Of a stretch of 64,000 nucleotides of DNA, positions 38,401 through 49,965 are shown piece after piece; position 1 is the first letter of the stretch; every line of letters begins with the position of its first letter. The notes under the pieces were generated by a model. It saw nothing but the letters and a program-made list of their open reading frames with translations. It was not told the origin of the DNA and did not search any database. Location: the NCBI GenBank assembly GCA_030704615.1, contig CM060731.1, positions 44,268,001 to 44,332,000 on the forward strand. Direction: 5' to 3'. The position numbers and the translations under genes are program-made. The DNA comes from Takakia lepidozioides (lineage: Eukaryota > Plantae > Bryophyta).

Positions 38401-41400
38401 TCCCCCAGCTGTCTTTTTCTCGTTTCTCTACCACTTGTGTTTTGTGATCAGCTTTGCAAATACTTTCATGCACCAATACCAAGCGTTTGTACCACATGGT
38501 GTGCACAGAAACAAGGCTATCAGTTATTGTGATGGCAAATCAGTGCAGCTTATAAGCACTTCTCTCCCTGTTTGTGTTTGTCTGTCTAATAGGGCTACAC
38601 CCATCCCATCTGACATAAGCCTGTCTCAAAATTGTCTGGCTTTTAAGTTGGGTGTTCATAATTCCAATGCCAAATATCAGATATTCTTCAGTACATTTAA
38701 CTGAGGCTAGCACCTGACGTAGAAGAGAGCAAGCCAGGGATACTGACAGTCACAACTGTAGGAAAGGGAACATAAATGAAATGAAATGAAATGGTATTTT
38801 ATAACGTCCGTGGAAAGCTCAAAGAGCTTATGGGACAGAACGGAAAAAACAAGAGAGAGGCCAAAACCAGAGCCAAAAAACAGCCCAAAAGCAACTACTG
38901 CTCAAGGGATTGTCTAAGGGTCAAGGCCTCGTGCAGGTAAGCTACCAAGCATTTCTGATCCTCATAGTGGGAGACTTCAGTGAGAGATTGAGTTCCACGG
39001 AATAGACAGTGGAATCTGCCACGGATCTCATAATATAGAGGGCAATAAATGAAGAATGTTCTTCAGTTTCAATTTCCTGGTTGACAAAAGTTCCCTTCTA
39101 ATGAGTCTGTTGCGATCTTGTTTGGATGTGATTTCCACCCCTTCTGGATTTTGTGGCAATAGCGAAGCAATAGAGAGTCCATTGCACTCAAAAAAGTGCA
39201 TACTCGAGCATACCAGGAGTGCTTGAAACCTGCTGTTGTGAGCGTAATAGATGTTGCGAGGGCTCTTGCCATGAGCCCCTTGGGTGGAAGGACTTGTAAC
39301 CTTATAAGAAAGATTGTAAGCCGGAAGAGGGCCTCGGTTTGAAGTGGCACGCATGCATGAAAGAAACGAAATGAAATAGTACTGCACAACGTCTGCGGAA
39401 AGCTTAAAGAATGGACAGGAATTGAAATGGTGCTTTATAATGTCCGCGGAAAGCTCGTAGAGCTTATGGGGCAAAGTGGAGGAAAACATGAGAGAGGAAA
39501 CAAAATCAGAGCCAGAAATAAAAACTAATGTTCGATTGATTGTCTAAGGGTGACGCTCGTGCAGGTAAGCTGCCAAGCATTTCTGATCCTCATAGTGGAA
39601 GACTTCAGTGAGAGATTGGGTTCCGTGGAATAGACAGTGGAATCTCCCACGGATCTCATAGTATAGGCAATAGAAGAAGTGTTCTTCAGTTTCAATTGCC
39701 CCTGTGCAAGTTGGACATAGGCGGTCTTCCCGTTGCAGGTTTTCCCATCTGCCAGTCTCTAGCCGTAGGAAGAGAAAGAAAGAAAGAAACAAGAAAGAGA
39801 GAGGGGCACTCCACAAGCGTCCCACAAGCAAATATTGCTCAAGGGAGTGTCTAAGAGTCAAAAGCCTCAGGCAGGTAAGCTGGCAAGCCTGTCTGATCCT
39901 CATAGTAACAGACCTCCATGAGAAATGAAATGGTGCTTTATAACGTCCGCGGAGAGCTTATGGGACAAAATGGAAGAAAACATGAGAGAGGAAACAAAAG
40001 CAGAACCCAAGAATAAGAACTAATGTTCTAGCGATTGTCTAAGGGTGAAGGCCTCGTGCAGGTAGGCTGCCAAGCATTTTTTATCCTCATAGTGGAAGAC
40101 TTCAGTGAGAGATTGGGTATCACGGAATAGACAGTTGAAATCACCAAATGGAAGAAATACAAAAAGCAAGAAAAGGACAAAGGAAAGAAAATAGCTTCAT
40201 AGTGTCTACAAATGGTCCAGAGAGAGAGGGAGAAGAGGGTTACTAACTGTTCAGGGTGGTCCAATTGTATATTTTCTGGGCCAGCCCATTGGCAGCACTG
40301 TAGTTGTGCACATCCACCAGCTTCGGACAGTAATGCGCAACCACCTCTGCTGCCAGCACTGCCGCCAAGAAGAATCACACCACTTTCACCTTTGGAAACA
40401 TGATGTTTCTTATTTCTATCTCCTTCATTAGCAGACGCACAGTCTATTGCTACTCCAGCAAACCTGAGTCTCTGAGGGACTATATATACTCTCTTTCTGT
40501 GAGCCAAATTCTGATGCTCGCACTCACAGCTGACAGGATGCATCCTATCTCCCTTGGACCTCTAATGAATGTCTTCCTTATTTATTGAGAGAAATGAAAT
40601 GAAATAGTACTTTATAACGTCCGCAGAAAGCTCAAAGAGAGAGAAAGGTCCCATTTTCTCTTCTTTGAGAAATGAAATGAAATGAAACAAAATGGTGAGT
40701 AACAATCTTACAACATACAGGAAAGTAGAAGGTTTATGTTGAGGAGATAGAGCATGGTGAATACCTCCATCACTGAAGTCTCGGGCAATGTTGCGCTTGG
40801 GTCGTGACAATGGGATTCCATCAATCTGTACCCAAACACCACACGCATCTGGTTAGTGGCTCCCTCTGATCCGATAGATGTAATACATTTCATTTTTTTC
40901 CCAACCCTCTCCTCCACTTGTTATGCAACTTAGAGGGTTGTCATGAGTTTAGCTGCATCCACTCTAATCAACATCATTGCATCATTGATACCACCCGCAT
41001 ACATACAAGAAGTTGCGAAGTACCATGAACTGATTGCCCCATGGAGGTTCCTTGTTCCTTCCCATCATACTAGTACAGATGAACTTTTAAAGCTTTGGGA
41101 ATTACAGCTCAAATTACCAGGCTGACTTCTGGCAAATGAATGTTGGTTAGTGCTACTTACTCTAAATGAGAACCAAATAGAAAAACCCGGATGGACTCCT
41201 CTAAGGCCCTAAAACCCCCATAACCTTCCGTAGGTAAATGTTTCTTGACACACTATGTTTCAGCACCTACAGCAAGAACCTGTTGCCTTGAGTACAGCAA
41301 GAACAGCAAGGGGGATTGCGAGAGACCAAATTGACACTGGGTCTCACGGCTAAGCGTGGCCTGGATGGGTTCTGAGGTCACACTTGCTAGAACCTGCTAC

Positions 41401-42123
41401 AATAAGTCGTGCCCACAATCCAAAATTAGCCCAGTTCTTGATGGAGTTAATCTTAGGGTGTAGGATGCCTATGCACTTCAACATGCATGGCAGATAGCAG
41501 TAGAGGGAGAGGTGAAAAAGGCCCAGTTGGTTTTTTTTTCATGAAAAGCCTATGAGAGGGCATTTGGTCCAGGTGGTTGCCAAAGAGAGGACGATGTTCT
41601 CATTAGACTTTGCTTGCCATGGCCTTGAGGCCACAGATGCAGCGCCTTGTTTGGTTGGAGGACAAGAGCCAAAGAAGGGGGGTGAGAGGATAACGGAAAG
41701 AGACCCATTACCATTGCTAAGGGACCCACATCTTTTTTGTTAAGTAGAATTTGGCCTTTCCAACTTGCTTCAGGGACCTTCGTCCCGTAGAATGAAATTG
41801 GTTTCGAAACTCCACCCAGATTCAGAACAAAGCATGCGGTTTACACAACGACGTCCTTTTACATTTGAGCACAAAAAAGAGGGGCAACGGTAGTCTTTCC
41901 GTGTAGGTATCAAGCTCAAAAGAATATTCTCTGCAATGCAAAACGATATGGATGCTATCCGCACTATCATGCCAACTCATGGGGCAGATAGGTCACCAGT
42001 AAGGTTTGAGTGATGCATCCACAGAATGACATAAGCTACCTGTATTTGGGAATGGCTCAATGCCACAGTAAGATGACTGACCCAGGTATAAAGAAGGGGA
42101 AGCTCGTCAGGCGACACATCCAT
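35424..42123 (-). CDS. SPEF1: Sperm flagellar protein 1 homolog (calponin-homology CH_2 domain plus C-terminal coiled coil)
   Basis: Small exons missed by the ORF track: 42123-42082 MDVSPDELPLLYTW; 40825-40765 IDGIPLSRPKRNIARDFSDG; 40358-40248 VLAAEVVAHYCPKLVDVHNYSAANGLAQKIYNWTTLN; 38298-38189 KVFRRLHFSL..IERIL; ~35822-35732 KLEEKDAHIRELSETIE; last exon LLEAKVRKLEQLVRLKEHKIQ...*. Linker exons are uncertain. Confidence 0.9.
36780..37290 (-). mobile_element. 5'-truncated LINE 3' end with (TTTCA)n tail
   Basis: FFYCPLYYEIRGRFNCL...FHYEVQKCLAAYLH, then GCGGACGTTATAAAG..CATTTCATTTC tails. Confidence 0.75.
38770..40690 (-). mobile_element. Stack of several 5'-truncated copies of the same LINE 3' end in SPEF1 introns (the span includes one SPEF1 exon)
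   Basis: Repeated EIRGRFHCLF..FHYEDQKCLAAYLHE blocks (~38900-39060, 39545-39760, 39835-39915, 40030-40140) and tail-only copies (~39360-39450, 39920-39960, 40590-40690). One copy retains RLETGRWENLQREDRLCPTC..ETEEHFF-C. Confidence 0.8.
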
Positions 42124-42739
42124 GGTAGCAGTGCCGCATCGCTGTCACCAGGCATCATGCAGGCCGCCGTCGCCACTTTTCCTCACTCTTTGAGCCCATA
42201 TGTTCCCCTTGCCAAAGCTCTCTGGACCACACTTGCAAAGCACCGTGAAAGCAACAAATCCTCTTTTATTCCTCCACCAGCAAAACTCGAACAGTTCTTA
42301 AGAGAAAAACTTCTTCTCCAGACCTGAATCAACGCAAAGCACCACAACCCAAAAACTGGATCGCTTGGAAATTTACTGAGAAACACTCAGGGGAGCTCCG
42401 GTTCCAAAGATGTGACGAAGGTACCCGGGGCGGGCGGGAGGGAGGGAAATTCAAAAAGCGGTTGCAAGCTTGTAACCGTTGCTCCACCCTCTTGTTACCG
42501 CACTGACCAGACTTTACTGCGGAACCCCAGGTCAGTCTCAGATGCTTTCTCGGATGTGACTTTCCCTATAGGGACACGTGTCCAAGAATGCATGTTTGGG
42601 TCCCAGCAGTCTGATGAAGGCGACAGAAGCGTGTTCTTCTCTTTTCATGGAGGTCACCAACCCATTACCGTCACGAGATTCGTCTTGAGAGTTGAGTGGG
42701 TGGATTGAGCATACTGGCCCTGCATCTACTGCAAGAGCT
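42124..42739. promoter_or_regulatory. Putative bidirectional promoter/5'UTR region between head-to-head SPEF1 and GalAK
   Basis: The two start codons (42123 on -, 42740 on +) are only 616 bp apart. Function is inferred from geometry. Confidence 0.55.
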
Positions 42740-45700
42740 ATGGCACCATCATCAGCCACATCATGGCCTTCGCCTGCTCTGGTGAGCTGTTTTAAGTTGC
42801 CCTTCTGCCAAGTGTTGTTCCTATTCATTGCGAATTGGTTGTATTTTGTTTGTTTGTTTACGGGTTTGCAGAATTGAAATGCAGGGATGAAGGAGGAGGT
42901 TGTATGATGATCTTACTCTTGCACATTTGAGAATTTGATCATAAGTTGCTGTAGCCTATATTATGGCAGACACAGTTATGTGAACTCGCTGTGGGTTTGA
43001 GAAGGAGATAGTCTTCTTGGAGTAGACGATACAATGGTTGCGAGGAGGTTTTTGGACTCTCTCTCGCGGCCCAATTACCTGTCTGCAGCTCTATCTCCCT
43101 CTCGTCTAAGGGCATTGGGAAGGTTCAGGGTGGGCTCCCACAGGCTGAGGATAGAGTCTGGTAGGTGGGACAACCTGCAACGTGAGGACCGCCAATGCCC
43201 CGCTTGCGCTAGGAATAACAGGGAATCGAAAGTGAAGAACATTTCTTCTTTCACTGCCCTTTTTCGCTATGAGATCCGTGGGAGATTCAATTGTACATTC
43301 CGTGATACTCAATCTCTCACGGAGGTCATCCATTACGAGGATCAGAAATGTTTGGCAGCTTACCTGCATGAGGCGTCCACTATTAGACTATCCCTGAGCA
43401 ATAGTTGCTTTTGGGCTGCTTGTGGAGACCCCTCTCTCTTTCTTGCTTCTTGCTTTCTCTTGTCCCATAAGCTCTTTGACTTTCCGCGGACTTTATGAAG
43501 TAATACATTTCATTTCTCTTCAGGAGAAATTTCTTCGTCCCTATGGGCCGCATGGCAGATGGCTGATGGGAAGCTCACTCGAATAAATTTTTGCATACAG
43601 AGATAATTAAGATGCATCTGTTCAGTAGCAATTTTGCAATGCTGAGCATGGGACATAACTGGACTCTTTAGTCCTTTTGATTCTTGGTCCCTTAAGCCTG
43701 TACAAAATGTGGAGTGATATTAGAACCCTAGAAAATAGTGAGGCAAACCTTTGTCAATTATTTCAGTAATCCTCTGAAATCTCTGGTTCACTACAGCTGG
43801 ACGATGCTCACAAAGTGGCGTACTCATTGATTACCTCATCGCATGGATATTTGGGTGATCAAATTGTATGGATCATTGGGTTGATGGCACATGGAAGAGA
43901 ATCATATCTGTTGATGGTGCTTTGCCTGTCACCAATCATCATGTGCATGTGAGACTTCTAGCAAGACTCTTTTGAGTGGTAAAATGTAGTTGGGGAATTT
44001 ATGTAGCATCTTCATAGTCGTCTATCCCAACCGCTGAATCTACAGTAGTTAGCAGAAAGGGAGTCTGACGTCATGATTTTCTTGCCTAATTTTTGCAGTT
44101 GAAGAAAGTTAAGGACCAAGTCGTGAGCATGACAGAGATAGACTGTGACAAAGTGAGGGTAACAGTATCACCTTATCGGATCTGCCCTCTTGGAGCCCAC
44201 ATTGACCATCAGGTATGTTCCCACAATGTAACAGATCAGTGCTAAAGATTCAGGTTTGCTCTAGCCATTTCAGTTGGAGATTGGCTTGTAACAAGTAACC
44301 CTGGGTAGTGGCTGGGACGGGAAGGTGGTATGGTTATAGCCGTATAAAACATAATTCACTGAAAAGGAGGTTGAAGCATGCAGGGAGGGTCAGTTACTGC
44401 CATGGCCATCAGCAAAGGGGTCTTACTGGGCTTCATCCCTTCTGGTGATACCAAGGTACACCCTCTCTATGAGATGTTTTGATTGCCTTTAGTTTCCATG
44501 AGCATAGCATTGGCACAGTATCTAATTTGACAAATGCGTGAGTAAGGACTGTGCCACATTGAATGCATACTAAGATGTCTGTTGTATTTGTTGTTACTGT
44601 ATAATTGATTGGGATGTTAGACCATCTGTTTTGGATGTTTGTGGTCGCAGATGCAGTTACTTTCTGGCCAGTTTGCAGGTGAAGTCCACTTCAGGTGCTT
44701 GAGCCCCCTCTCTACCTTTCCTTGTGGTCATTGAAAAGGACCAAAATGACATTGTGCTTTATTTGGGCATCCTCTCAAGCGTTGTGAGGTCTATGTGAAG
44801 TTCTTCATAGCTAGAAAAGATGTGTATGCTAGTAGGTTTTGAACACACGTCTTGTGGGCTAGGGAAATGAAATGAAATGAAATGGTGCTTTATAACGTCC
44901 GCGGAAAAGAGAAGAGAGAGGACAGTGCTGAACTTATTGGGATATGGGTTAGGCATGATACATTCATTCGATCAAATCATGCCATAACATTATAGGTGCG
45001 TATTTTAAGGAGTTCCTGTGTTGTCAATCTGATAGGGTTCTCTCATGGGCTGGCCGTGCCCATTATGGATACTAGTTTTGTTGCCTATGAGGGCAAAGTA
45101 TTCATATATTTACATAGTAGCTGTCTGCTCTTAACAAACTTGGGTGTAGAGAAAAACTATTGAGGGCTAATAGAAGATATGGGATCACAGCCTTGATATG
45201 GTCCCTCCTAGAAAATGCAACAATGAGGTGCAGGAGAGTGGTGACAACCATACAGCTGAAGAGTGTGCATGGGGAAACTATGCCCGTGGAGCTGTCCTGG
45301 CCCTTCAGAAGACGGGCCACAAGCTCTCTCAGGTATACATTCTCGAATGTCATGATCTATTGTTGGTACTTTTGACGAGGCGGGATTGAGATATAGTGCA
45401 GAATTCGTGAAAATGTTAAACAGTTGCTGTTCGCTGCTTCTACTTAAACCCTATGTGGTGAGATGTATACCTGCAAATGGGCTTCTCCATACTCAGGAGC
45501 AGTAGAGCTCTATCACAAAGTTGGGTTACTGTGATACAGGGTATTGTGGGATACTTGGAGGGCTCAAAAGGGTTTGAAGGCTGTGGTGTCAGCTCCTCAG
45601 CTGCTGTAAGTGTAGCTTCATTTCCACTCTCGTGGTGTATTGATTAGTTTCTCCAAAGGGCTTAACAACTTCCTTCTCAGTGAGTGGTGCAACAACTGAA

Positions 45701-48700
45701 CAGGCAGTCTAATTGTGTGAACAGAACCACAAGCATCACAACTTTGCACTCACATAACACATAACACATATCATGGCAGTGATGTTCTGATCTAGTAGTT
45801 GCCTTAGGTGGATCCCTTAGTTGCCAGTGTGAGAAAGTGGTATTGTATATGCTGGTATAGTGCTATGATGTGTCAGAATGAACAAAGCAAAATCTTCGCT
45901 TTGTTGAAATTTACTGGTGTGATGGTTGTTCAGGTCGGAGTAGCATTTCTGTTGGCACTCGAGCATGCAAATGGACTTAACATCTCCCAAGAGGAAAATG
46001 TCGAGCTTGACAGGTCTAAAATTTTACCAAAGTCACTCAGTACCGAGAGATGACTGTTAGGTGGCCTTGAGAAAATGGCTCATTCTCTGCCAGTCAACTG
46101 TGACCCTCTCTATTAGCCTTGGATCACATCATCACATGTGTTATGGGTTACCAACATGCTCAAAATTCAAACATAACAGTAAGTTAGATTTTAACCCCTC
46201 CCCTCCTGTCCTTATCCTTCCATCAAATCGAGAATGTACTCCGGAACAAACTCCATCTGCAAAGAGCCAACCTCATATCACCCAGCTTAAGGAGTTTCTG
46301 ATCGCCTAGTGTTCTAATGGTATTTGCCACAGGCTGATTGAGAATGGGTACTTGGGTCTCCAAAACGGGGTGCTAGACCAGTCAGCAATCTTGCTATCCA
46401 AACGCCACTGCCTCACAGCCATTCATTGCAAGGTAATCATTGTTTCCTTGTGCTTTCTGGCCTTTCTTCCCACCCGCAACTTTTAGGTTTCTGGGGTAGT
46501 GGGCAGTCCTGTTTCATTGATTGAGAACAGCAATACAAACTGAAACTAGGAACAGAGTCTCAGTCCTTACAAAAGCACCTGAAGTTGTAGATCACATCCT
46601 TTATGACTAACACTCCCTATTTTCTTTTACAGCATTCCCTTTGATCATCCACCAAAACTTTCGCGCATTTGTCTCCTGTGCAATTATATTATGTGGAATA
46701 ATTTCAGGGCCCAAGCAACTCCCTAGGAGCTTGTGTTTTGAACTGAAATTGCATACACTAAGGGGCACACACTCATGTAGAAAGGTGAGGTAACCAGGAG
46801 GAGGAAAGGGAGAGAAAAGAATAAATTGAAGACGTCCACAGGAGGCCCAGCTACCCTGTGGCACACTAGAACTAGAGGAGCAGAGAGGAGACTTGGGATC
46901 TATACATTTTTTCCATATCTGTGAGTGACTGTTTCAGACTAGCTTGCTGCAAAATGAGGGTGCTACCATTAGAATAGACCTTGCTTGCTCAAGGTTTTCT
47001 CTTCATTTTTTTTTACTCTGCGGTAAGCATAGCGTACACCGGGCTTTGGTGGATAACAGAGCCGAAAGTATGAGTTAGTATACCCTCCTTGGTATGGAAG
47101 GACCCAAGGCAAGCATTACAAGATACTCTTGGCTTTCTCCGGTCTGAAGCATGCATTGTCAAGCAAACCAGGGTACAACTTGAGAGTTGCCGAGTGCCAA
47201 GAAGCTGCAAAGATTTTGCTCAGGTGGGCCGTCCAAGGAACAGGTGTAGCCATTATCAGGAAAGACTTCACTGATGGTGAAGAATGTAGTCATAAGTTTG
47301 CCGTAGCCTTGTGGCCATAGACCCCACACCCAGGTTGGATGGAAAACTGACAGTAGATTTGGTTGGCATGGAAATTTCATGGTAACAAGTGGTCAGTATA
47401 TCTCTTCTTGACCTGATTGGTGTGTGAGAAGTATCACAACTGTAGGCAATGATTGTTTGTCCCCTCAGGTGTGCGCCTTTTGAGTGGGGCTAGTTGACTG
47501 ATGTTAATACTGTGGCAGGGCTGCTGGCAGGGACTCAAGTCAAGCTTTGCTATGCAATGGTAAGGATATCCCTCCTACTACAAGGAGCTGTAAGTAGGTG
47601 ACTTAAGCACGCCTGCCAGTAAAAGGGGTGAGTTGTAGTGAGTGGCCATGTGGTTCGCAGACATTCATCTGGGCTTGCTACAGGTCTTTCAGACCAACCT
47701 GGGGCCCTGCAAACCATCGGTAAAGATGTAAAACAGGTTGTCTGCTTCTGAAGGAGTGTGGTTGGTTTCTGTACAGTAACTTTGGAGGAGTACACACGTC
47801 ATAAGGTGACTACTGGCGACTATGCTCTTGGCCAGAGCTTCTAGCCCTGAATCTACCTCATTGAACTCCTTCACAGTGGTGATTATCCTGTACACAGGAA
47901 GAATTTCATAAATGTTATTACATGGATGTTCATTTAAGCCATATGTGGTGAAAAACTACCCTGTCTTTGGTAGGTCATTTATGGGCCAGGTGATGTGGCA
48001 GTTGGATAGACCTTTCTTTTTTCTACCGAAAGTTCTGAGGAGTTTACCATCCCTCCTGCAATACAAGTGTCATTTAAAGCCATTGTGGTTCCTTTCAGGT
48101 GTGACCCAGAGCTGCCTGTCCTAGATCAGCCCCAGTTTCAAGCTGTATAATTGTCAGCTTATATCCCTTTTTGGTCGTTCTAAATCAATCACAGGGTTTT
48201 CACTTTTGTGCTACTTATCACAGGGTCTGTTCCAGGTACTAGCTTATGTTAACCTGCCTGATGAATGAGAAACAGGGATTGCTGGAGGGAGCTGTTGCCA
48301 AGAGAGCCAAGCATTTCTTCAGGGAAAATACTCGAGTTTTTGCAGGTGCAGTAGGAGGCCCCACATGTATCTGTATAGTAACTTTGAGGATTTGAGCTTT
48401 TGAGGTGTCAAAGGTAATCTGATGTTGTTTTCAAGCCTATTCCATGAGGGCAACGAAATGGGATGGTTGGTGTCTGATTATTGGGCTATGCTGCAGGGAT
48501 TGAGGCCTGGTCTGCTGGGAATCTGGAGGATTTTGGTAGGCTGATGTCAGAATCGGGTTGGAGCTCTATTCATGACTATGAGTGCGGTATGGTAGTCCAT
48601 CTTTTGCATCAAAAATTCGTAGTATCTGCAGATATGAACTTTATTTTTAGAGGGAAAGCCCAAGCCCTGTATGTAACATCATGATTCACGTTAAATAGGT

Positions 48701-49229
48701 ACCCTTTATTTTCCTCCCTTTCCCAATCACTCCCACTTTTCTCCCCCCACAATCCATGACCTTCCATCCAAGAGCTCAGCTCCATTAGCATATTCAACTA
48801 ATGCATCTCTTTGCTATGCAACAGCCATCTTCAGCCAAAATCCTCTGCTCTTCATATAAACATTTTTTAGAACATAGGTAAGTTTCACCATAACCTGTCA
48901 CTTGCCAGGAGCTGCTCTGTTGGGGATGGATATGATGAATCCCTGGAGTATCTAAGGATGGTTCCAAATTTCCTATTGTTACAGGATGTGAGCCCTTGGT
49001 TCAGCTTCGAGAGATTCTTTTGAGAGCACCAGGTGTCTATGGGGCGAGATTCAGTGGAGCAGGATTCCGTGGATGTTGTGTGGCATTGGTGGCTTCAGAG
49101 CTTGCAGATGAAGCCTCCATATATGTTCAGACCTTGTATCAGCAGGCCCAGCCTGCTCTTGCCAAGCAACTGGACTGTGCCACAGCTGTCTTTGTCTGTG
49201 ATTCTGCAGACAAGGCTCACATTCTATAA
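42740..49229 (+). CDS. GALAK: Galacturonokinase (GHMP kinase family), multi-exon
   Basis: Exon 1 MAPSSATSWPSPAL (42740-42781); 44099-44212 VSPYRICPLGAHIDHQ; then GGSVTAMAISKGVLLGF, WGNYARGAVLALQ, GVSSSAA, IENGYLGLQNGVLDQSAILLS, ILLAFSGLKHAL..PGYNLRVAECQEAA, AKRAKHFFREN, FGRLMSESG..YECG and GVYGARFSGAGFRGCC. One internal exon was not located. Confidence 0.93.
43034..43520 (+). mobile_element. LINE ORF2 C-terminus (CCHC zinc finger, RTEX/Daphne-like wording) plus 3' tail, in GalAK intron 1
   Basis: RALGRFRVGSHRLRIESGRWDNLQREDRQCPAC ... EIRGRFNC..HYEDQKCLAAYLHE, then CCGCGGAC..CATTTCATT. Confidence 0.8.
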
Positions 49230-49965
49230 CTATCTCTGGCTGAATCACAATTTTGACAACTCGCAGGCTATGCTCTTTGTACAGGGAAGTTAAAAGTCCT
49301 CTTTTCCACGCAGGACTATTTCCCGCTTTTGACAACAGCACAACTCCAATTTTTCATTGAAGACTACTATTCCAGATATGATCAAACCATGTGAGGTGAT
49401 CATTTGGACATAGTGACCTAACACACGACGACCAAGATTTGGCACAAGTTTCTAATGACAGGACCTACAAGAAGAGTATGAGAAGCATCCGATTATGGAA
49501 TTGGGCACTGTTTTTGTACCACTCTTGCAGCATCAGATTTTTCATTGATCCCCCTTGACAATTTTGTTATACAACTTCTGGGTTTTCTGAAGAGATACGA
49601 TGGTGAGCACACTTTTGAGGCCCACTGTGAGCAGCAGTGGTCATCAAGGGGTACTTGGATGGGCAAGAGACTCTTATCGGAGTCTTGTTCCAGTCCGGTA
49701 AGACTAGGGCAGGTAGTGCAATTTACTTCCTTGTGATATTCGACCATTATTGTTAAACCCTTGAAAATCATTGCAAAGATTATGCCTGAATTGTGGGCTG
49801 TCGCTCCCAGCTTTCCTTACTAAGTAAGGAACAGAGCCCGCTAGAATTGTATTGGAAACATTTGTATTATACTTACATAGGGAGAGGGAAATATGATGGA
49901 CTACAGTAGATGAGTTGGTTTTGATTTCAAATGGTTTACCAATGCTAGAAACCTACAGTCCCTAG

